A stretch of DNA of 64,000 bases, taken from positions 384,001-448,000 of the forward strand of contig CP000069.1 in the NCBI GenBank assembly GCA_000002445.1, in the 5' to 3' direction. The DNA is from Trypanosoma brucei (Eukaryota). The position numbers were made by a program, and so were the translations under genes. Within the stretch, counting starts at the first letter, position 1, and every line of letters begins with the position of its first letter. Of this stretch, positions 58,124 through 64,000 are shown one piece after another. Below the pieces are notes generated by a model, which searched no databases, was not told the DNA's origin, and saw only the letters and a program-made list of their open reading frames with translations.

Positions 58124-59530
58124 CTAAGCGGGGGTGATTGTTTCTGCCGACGCCACGGCGTGGCAGTACTTCGAGCAATATAGGGTCCCGTCGACGGTGG
58201 AACTCCCACAATCACGATGCATTTTATTCCCACACCTGCACACCAACAATTCCTCCACTTCGCCGTACAATTCACACACGACGCAACACAGGGGCTCCCC
58301 AGGGTTCGTTGTAAAACCGTCCACGGAAGTGGCGTTATTTGCCCCATTCTTCGATGCAACACTTCGCTTCATGTTCGTGAGTGCGGGAAACAATACTTGC
58401 CCCACGTCACCGAACATTTGTATGTACGATTTATGCTCTTCTGCTGCCTCTTTTTCACGCTGTTTTGACGCAGCGGCTGTTCCCGCAGCCACAGCATCCC
58501 TACTCGTCTTCGCTGCACGCACCGCAGCATCATCCATATTGAGCTTCGTTGCGATACGAGCCATGCGCGCTTCCTCACGCTTTTTCCTGTCCCTGTAGTA
58601 TTTATCGTCGCTGTAGTCATCGTCACTGCTCCCGCCTCCCTCACTATCGCTGCTGCCACTAGTGCTACTATCGCTACTGTCAGCGGCGCTGTCACCATTC
58701 CTATCGCTAACATCAGCGGCAGCGTTCACATCTATGTTCTCTACCTTTTCGGCAAGCGCTTCACCTTCTCCATCACCATCACCGGCATCCGTAACTTCAC
58801 CTGATGCTGCTTTTAGGGGTCGTCTTTCAGGCACTACAGGCGGCTTGGGAAGTGGTGGCACGTCATGCACCTCCAATTCATCGTCTTGAACCATGGGCGA
58901 AACCGCGGTGGCCCTCGGAGAAACGGAACACTTTACGGTTACTTTGGTGAGTTTGATTGCACACTTGAGAAAGTGCAGTAGGCGTCTGTGAGAGTCAGCA
59001 CTCACGACGCGCTTTCCAACCAGTTGCGCAAGCAATATATTGCCTGCTGTGCCCCAGCAATTCATCATACGGGTAGCCACAGACGATGGCCCCCCTAAAG
59101 AACTTTTGTTATCGCCGGAACCGGAGAAGGAGCTGACGACTTGGTCCACAATACCAGCCACCACGGCATCAGGTAATAATATCTGCCGCTGGAAGCTAAG
59201 TGGTAGTTCTACTCGCTGCTCTATATTTGCTGCTTTACTGCCCAATCTCCGTTTTTCGTAGTTGTCACGATGTAGCCGCCTTGCGTATTCTGTAGCTATA
59301 TCCATAAGCATTTCAACTCCTTGTAATGCCATAACGTCCTCACCACCGCTGCCGGCATTGCCAGCTAAAGCTCCATGTAGAGGTTGGACTGCATCACTTC
59401 CATCTTGCTCTTTTTTCATTATATGAAGAGCACCGAGGAGTCTCATTGCCTGCGAAATCTCGAGGCGACGACCTTGCCATCGCTGAATCGCAACGACGGC
59501 AACACTGCGAAGATCGGACCTCCGCCCCAT
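58124..59530 (-). CDS. hypothetical protein with an acidic Ser/Asp-rich tract and a C-terminal Cys/His cluster (zinc finger-like)
   Basis: The C-terminus reads CCVVCELYGEVEELLVCRCGNKMHRDCGSSTVDGTLYCSKYCH, an 8-ligand Cys/His pattern, and is preceded by SDSSTSGSSDSEGGGSSDDDYSDD. The track start is TTG. Codons 1-20 translate the polypyrimidine tract. The likely ATG (MGRRSD) is at 59530, just after an AG. Confidence 0.45.
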   Translation of the reverse strand: MGRRSDLRSVAVVAIQRWQGRRLEISQAMRLLGALHIMKKEQDGSDAVQPLHGALAGNAGSGGEDVMALQGVEMLMDIATEYARRLHRDNYEKRRLGSKAANIEQRVELPLSFQRQILLPDAVVAGIVDQVVSSFSGSGDNKSSLGGPSSVATRMMNCWGTAGNILLAQLVGKRVVSADSHRRLLHFLKCAIKLTKVTVKCSVSPRATAVSPMVQDDELEVHDVPPLPKPPVVPERRPLKAASGEVTDAGDGDGEGEALAEKVENIDVNAAADVSDRNGDSAADSSDSSTSGSSDSEGGGSSDDDYSDDKYYRDRKKREEARMARIATKLNMDDAAVRAAKTSRDAVAAGTAAASKQREKEAAEEHKSYIQMFGDVGQVLFPALTNMKRSVASKNGANNATSVDGFTTNPGEPLCCVVCELYGEVEELLVCRCGNKMHRDCGSSTVDGTLYCSKYCHAVASAETITPA

Positions 59531-59903
59531 TAATGGGTCACTTGTGCAGTCGAAGTAAAGGAAGAAGTTAAGCATGAGCGCATGGTCCAAGGAAAATTAC
59601 GTACACGCATCTCCGTTATTCGTTTATGAACATGCTCAGCGTTAATATGAGCCAAGGAAAATGACGGGGAGGGAGGCAGAATAATACGCAAACAAGTGCT
59701 TGCACGCTTCGGTACACACCCCTCACCAATAACAAAAAATAGTAGTAAGAGTGACAGAGGGTTTTACCTTATGGTGTTGCATTCTCCTGAATCCTAACTT
59801 CATGCTATATCCGAAACCTCCGGTACCCGCAAGTAATTCAGTAATGGTTTACAACCCCAACGATTATTACTCTTTTCACGTGTTTATGTTGTCAACGGTA
59901 AAA

Positions 59904-61928
59904 TTACTTTGGGTTTTGTTTGCTCAGCAGCACAACCCGGCGTCGTGACACACAACGCTCACTAACTCCCAGGGGATAATAAAGTACACGGCACCACATG
60001 GGGGTTCTCTCAGCATCTAGTAACCAGTGTGTTTGACCCTCCCCAATTTCATATTTGAAGACGTCACGCGGAAAATCAGCACTTTCCTGGTCGTCTTCGT
60101 TAGGGCTGACGGTGTCGAATACAGCGTCACAATCCTTTGCAACATCTTGCACAAATTGCTCGGGTATTGCCTTATTAAGATCATTCACCCCTTCAGCACC
60201 ACATTGACATGTCGCGTTGCCATCACCTGACGCAAAGGGAAGCGGCATGGCACAGTCCACACCCAGACTCCGTATAAAGGCAATCCGAGCATGAAGTGGA
60301 TCGAGAAAAAATGATGAGGGAAAGCGGTACCACTCACGGCCTACGCAAAGTGTATAAAGAGTTTTCTCGCCCTTCTGTGGGGCATCACTTGCCTTTCGCC
60401 TGGCCAGCTCTCGTACCGTAGCGTAATTGTCATAGAGCTTCTGCTGTGGTCCCACGTAGAATTTGTGGATGGCCGCTGTGCGTGATAGGGAAACCGTTAC
60501 AATAAAAGACAACACAATGCAGCCCGTAGTGAGAAAGAAGGTGTGGCGCATGCGTTGGAGCCAACAGCCAGGGAGTTGTTTGCGGCGGCCACTGGGTTCA
60601 GCTCTCGTACTCGCGCTATGTAGCACCGCTCCGTTCTCGCTGTTCACAGATCTCGCGGTTCCTGCAAACGTAAGGTGTGTAAATGACAACGCAGCGGCCA
60701 GTGCGAGAAATGGAAAAGCGGGGGACATAAACCGCTCTTCTTTGTGTGACACCTTCAGCCAAAAGGCAAACCACAAAAAGAAGGGTGAAATGTAAAGCAA
60801 TCCTCGTCCACGCGAAACCGTAGGTTCGACTGGCCTAGTATCTGGCTTGGTGGTCGGCGACTTCTGTGTTTTCCGCCCCTTTTCCCCAGTCGTCTCTCCA
60901 GCATCAATCTCATCAGAATTCGTTGTCGCATTACTCACCCATGATGTCGTCGAGGGCTTAAGCAATACGACAAAGGGAGATAGAAGGCAAGCAACAAACA
61001 TCAGATGCGCGTTCAAGAGTAAATTCTTAAAAAAGAAGTACCACGGTTCGACACCGTAGAGCTCGGGACCACGTCCCTCACCTCCCATAAACATGTTGTA
61101 CCGCACGAGATTCAAAGCGCTCCACGTGATTTTGCCATTGCCACCATGGCAACCATTGTAATATAGTGTGTCAAAATACACGGAAAGTGGCACAACAACT
61201 GCGAGTGAAAGTAATAGCGAAACGGTAGAGGCGAGGGGAAACCTCACGAGCATATCCAATGCCATCGGCACCGCCAGCAAGGCGGCGAAAGGCCAACCAA
61301 TCACTGTGGATGAGACAACGGAGAATACGGTGCCGAAAATAGCGAAATTTATGGCCTGGAACTGCGAGCCACCCATCACCGACCTTTTCATTCTTGATGG
61401 AACCTTCCCTTCGACACGGGTGATACATTTCACAAGACTGCCGTCCGTTCGTAGCCAGCAACCCACCGCAACAAAGTAATTTATCATGGCGTAACTTGTG
61501 GGCAGGATACTCACTGCTGCATGTGTGATGGGGTAATTAAACAAAAGAAGTGTGAGTGCTGCCGCTGCAACTCGTTTACCAAACACCTTCCTAACGCCAC
61601 CAACGAAAAAAATCTCGCTTAGCGCCGTGACAACACCGCTAAATGCTCGAAGGAGAAAGTACACATCTATGTTACGCAGCCCTGAGGGGTTGTATATGCT
61701 AACAGCCTTGCTAATTATCGTTATAGGACCGACGTAGAGCCATGAAAAAAACCACGACCGCAGCGCAAAGCGAGGACAGTTCTCCCACGTTTGAAGGCCA
61801 CTGCCGTACATCAAGAAGTGCATCGGCTCCAAGAAATTGAATGTTTCATCGCAATCAGCAATAGGAAGAATGTACGAGGCAAAACAATGACTAAGCACTA
61901 AAAGCACCGCCCCGAGAAAGAGCCACAT
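59904..61928 (-). CDS. ALG9: ALG9-like alpha-1,2-mannosyltransferase (GT22 family), multi-pass membrane protein
   Basis: The N-terminal CDETFNFLEPMHFLMYGSGLQTWENCPRFALRS matches the ALG9 signature DETFNYWEP..YG.GFQTWEYSP. GPELYGVEPWYFF matches GPDLYGTEPWYFY and HKEERFMSPAFPFL matches HKEERFLFPVYPL. The track start is GTG, and the ATG (MWLFLG) is at 61928. Confidence 0.75.
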   Translation of the reverse strand: MWLFLGAVLLVLSHCFASYILPIADCDETFNFLEPMHFLMYGSGLQTWENCPRFALRSWFFSWLYVGPITIISKAVSIYNPSGLRNIDVYFLLRAFSGVVTALSEIFFVGGVRKVFGKRVAAAALTLLLFNYPITHAAVSILPTSYAMINYFVAVGCWLRTDGSLVKCITRVEGKVPSRMKRSVMGGSQFQAINFAIFGTVFSVVSSTVIGWPFAALLAVPMALDMLVRFPLASTVSLLLSLAVVVPLSVYFDTLYYNGCHGGNGKITWSALNLVRYNMFMGGEGRGPELYGVEPWYFFFKNLLLNAHLMFVACLLSPFVVLLKPSTTSWVSNATTNSDEIDAGETTGEKGRKTQKSPTTKPDTRPVEPTVSRGRGLLYISPFFLWFAFWLKVSHKEERFMSPAFPFLALAAALSFTHLTFAGTARSVNSENGAVLHSASTRAEPSGRRKQLPGCWLQRMRHTFFLTTGCIVLSFIVTVSLSRTAAIHKFYVGPQQKLYDNYATVRELARRKASDAPQKGEKTLYTLCVGREWYRFPSSFFLDPLHARIAFIRSLGVDCAMPLPFASGDGNATCQCGAEGVNDLNKAIPEQFVQDVAKDCDAVFDTVSPNEDDQESADFPRDVFKYEIGEGQTHWLLDAERTPMWCRVLYYPLGVSERCVSRRRVVLLSKQNPK

Positions 61929-62392
61929 GCCAAGCACCTTTTGACGAAACTAATTTGTACCCCCTTTTCCTCCTATGACTTCAAGGACACACAAACACAA
62001 AGACAAAAAAGAAAAAAACGTACACACACACACACACAGACACAGAGGTGCACACGTGGGGATATCACACCTTTGTCTTCCTTTTGAAATAATCAATTAT
62101 GTTTACTGAGAGTAAGAAGAAAAAAAGCAAAGAACAATTAGGATGATACAGTTCGTGAAGAGGGCACAAAGGAACAGAGAATCTTGGAAAAGGAAAAATA
62201 AAATATCAAATGTCAGACGCAAATAATACTCAACTTCACGTCACATTACTTTATTCGGGTTGCGAAACATAAGGATAAAGAGACAACGTGTGTGTTGGTA
62301 TAACAATAATGAAGGACTTCCTCAATTTAATTTTTCTCAACCGATAAGAAAAAAATCAGAAGGACAAGACCAAGCATACACAAGTCCCAATT

Positions 62393-62414
62393 CCCTCCCT
62401 CCCTCCCTCCCTCC
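62393..62414. repeat. (CCCT)5 tetranucleotide repeat
   Basis: ccctccctccctccctccctcc, in an ORF-poor region. A (GAAG)n/(GGAA)n run lies nearby at about 62554..62575, and a (CA)8 run at about 62023..62038. Confidence 0.85.
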
Positions 62415-64000
62415 ATTTCGTTCATTCACTCGTTGGCGCGCACGTGTATACAGATGCGGACGTTACTGGTGTAACTGCTGCCAAACTTCTTGTCGAGCGA
62501 CGGAGCGCAAAAAGGAGCCAAAGCAAGGAAGCAAAAATAGAAATATAAATAACGAAGGAAGGAAGGAAGGAAGGGAAAAAGCACAAGGCACACTGCAATG
62601 CACCACGAATACACGACCTCAAAAGAAAAGGTAAGAAAAGAAAAGAAAGAGCAACAGAAGAGAGAAAAAAAAAGAGGGGATATTAGACGTAAAGCAGTAT
62701 AAACACCGTGTGGATCATCTCCTTCGTTTCGCTTGAAATGACGAAGAGATGCAACTGACAATTCCAATAGTGACTTTTTGTTCAGGCACTTAATCCACCC
62801 ACCGGCACCGACACTCGCTAAAACGTCTAAGACAGTAATGGACGACTCACATGCAAGCACGTACACTCCTGCACGCAGGCATGTGGTTAAGGGAGGGGGA
62901 GAAACCTGAGATCCCAAAGGCTTACACCGGATGTGAGAAATCATCAAACATGAAACGTAGCTGGAATCAAAAAGAAAAAAGCACATAAATAAGTTAGCCG
63001 CGAAATAAAGCTTGCGAAGCGAACACATGGACTCACACGAATTGGGGGGGGGGGAAGAAGGATAAGAGGTATCCAAGTTGGTTTTCGGGGTTACGAGGTG
63101 ATGAAACGCAAAGACGTACAGCAAACAAGCAAAAGCAGCAGCAGAAGAATACCCCTTATGTGCTTCCCACCATTAATTTCCGCATGTCACTTCTCCACAC
63201 AATGCCACACGCCCATAAATACCTTACAACTTTTAGACGTCTCTCGTCACCGCTGCCATTATTGCTATCGTTCGTTTACTCAGTTTGAGCATCTCTCTGA
63301 ACTGCTTTCAGTTTCTTCATCTTTGCGTTTGGTGAGTTATTGTTGTTATCATTACCTCATTTATTCGATTCAGCTTTTATTATCCCTTGTTTCATTTGTT
63401 CCTCTTCTTTTTCTCGTTGCACCCTCCCCCTTTTTATCGATACTATTTTTCTCCGCATTTTCAACAACTATGGTGCAGCTTTCTCCCTCCCTTCTTCCTC
63501 TTGCCGCCCTCTTTACTGCTAGACACACACATACATATGAACACAAACACGCAAGTACACGTACACATACACACCAAGACGAAAAGATGGACGAGGGCGT
63601 ACAAACAATTGAGTTTATATATTTGATACACGCACAACACACATGTATGTGCATATTATATAAAGATGAGTATATGGAGAACAAATGTTGTTTAATTGAT
63701 GTGCCTAATATTGGAAAAAAATGAGACAAAAAAACTAGGTGAGGCCAGCGCACCCCGACAAGCATGACGACGAGAGAATAACCACAGGGAGAAAATAATC
63801 AACCACACATCAGCAGCGATCTGACTATTCACTGGTTTAGTCTATGGTTTTGTATGCCGTAATGGCCTCTCCGTCAACCGTCCGACCTGGTACAAAACAG
63901 AGGTAGTTGTCATGTTGAGCTTCTGACGCACTTCGTTGTGCTTCACCCCAACGCAATGGTGGCTGCAGCTCTGATGCGAGCCAATTCCAACCAAAGGCTC

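Noticed and set aside
62426-63724. A 232-aa minus-strand ORF and a 208-aa plus-strand ORF in the region right of ALG9.
   Set aside because: Both are translations of homopurine, homopyrimidine or tetranucleotide-repeat sequence (FFSLFCCSFFSFLTF and LLSLVSFVPLLFLVAPSPF types). They have low complexity, no domain, and overlap each other on opposite strands.

Overview
This window looks like nuclear DNA from a kinetoplastid of the Trypanosoma brucei group. That call rests on the gene set, the protein sequences and the gene organisation. All 16 or more credible genes lie on the minus strand. They appear to form a single polycistronic unit read from high to low coordinates, with polypyrimidine tracts (A/G-rich on the + strand) upstream of each gene. 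In transcription order (right to left) the genes are:
- an ALG9-like GT22 mannosyltransferase (59904..61928)
- a Ser/Asp-rich protein with a C-terminal Cys/His cluster (58124..59530)
- a 739-aa hypothetical protein
- a USP-family deubiquitinase (51316..54606)
- a roughly 490-aa hypothetical protein
- the proteasome AAA-ATPase Rpt3 (45988..47199)
- glyoxalase II (44110..45000)
- a 931-aa hypothetical protein
- a head-to-tail array of about 19.5 kb carrying 11 near-identical cathepsin-L-like cysteine peptidase genes (20560..40056)
- cysteinyl-tRNA synthetase (18054..20411)
- two tandem metacaspase paralogues of 347 and 357 aa, which match MCA2 and MCA3
- a DEAH-box RNA helicase (9404..12370)
- a 1135-aa protein with a U1-like zinc finger motif
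- a SET-domain protein
- a long coiled-coil protein
- a possible small Cys-rich ORF at the left edge.
Each peptidase in the array is 450 aa and carries a pre-pro region, a papain-fold domain, a poly-Pro hinge and a Cys-rich C-terminal extension. The array period is 1761 or 1764 bp. From memory, the order metacaspases, CysRS, 11 CATL copies matches the known T. brucei chromosome 6 locus, which I cannot confirm here. The most notable structure is the internal haplotype mosaic of the peptidase array. It includes one copy with a clustered 5-nt change in the conserved CNGG motif. Also notable is the MCA2/MCA3 segmental duplication, which has a sharp N-terminal breakpoint. The ORF track appears to accept non-ATG starts (GTG, TTG) and prints them as M. 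Several N-termini are therefore over-extended into polypyrimidine tracts, and I trimmed those to the first in-frame ATG. I see no convincing evidence of a previously undescribed system. The candidates worth follow-up are unannotated hypotheticals and long ORF-poor intergenic tracts.
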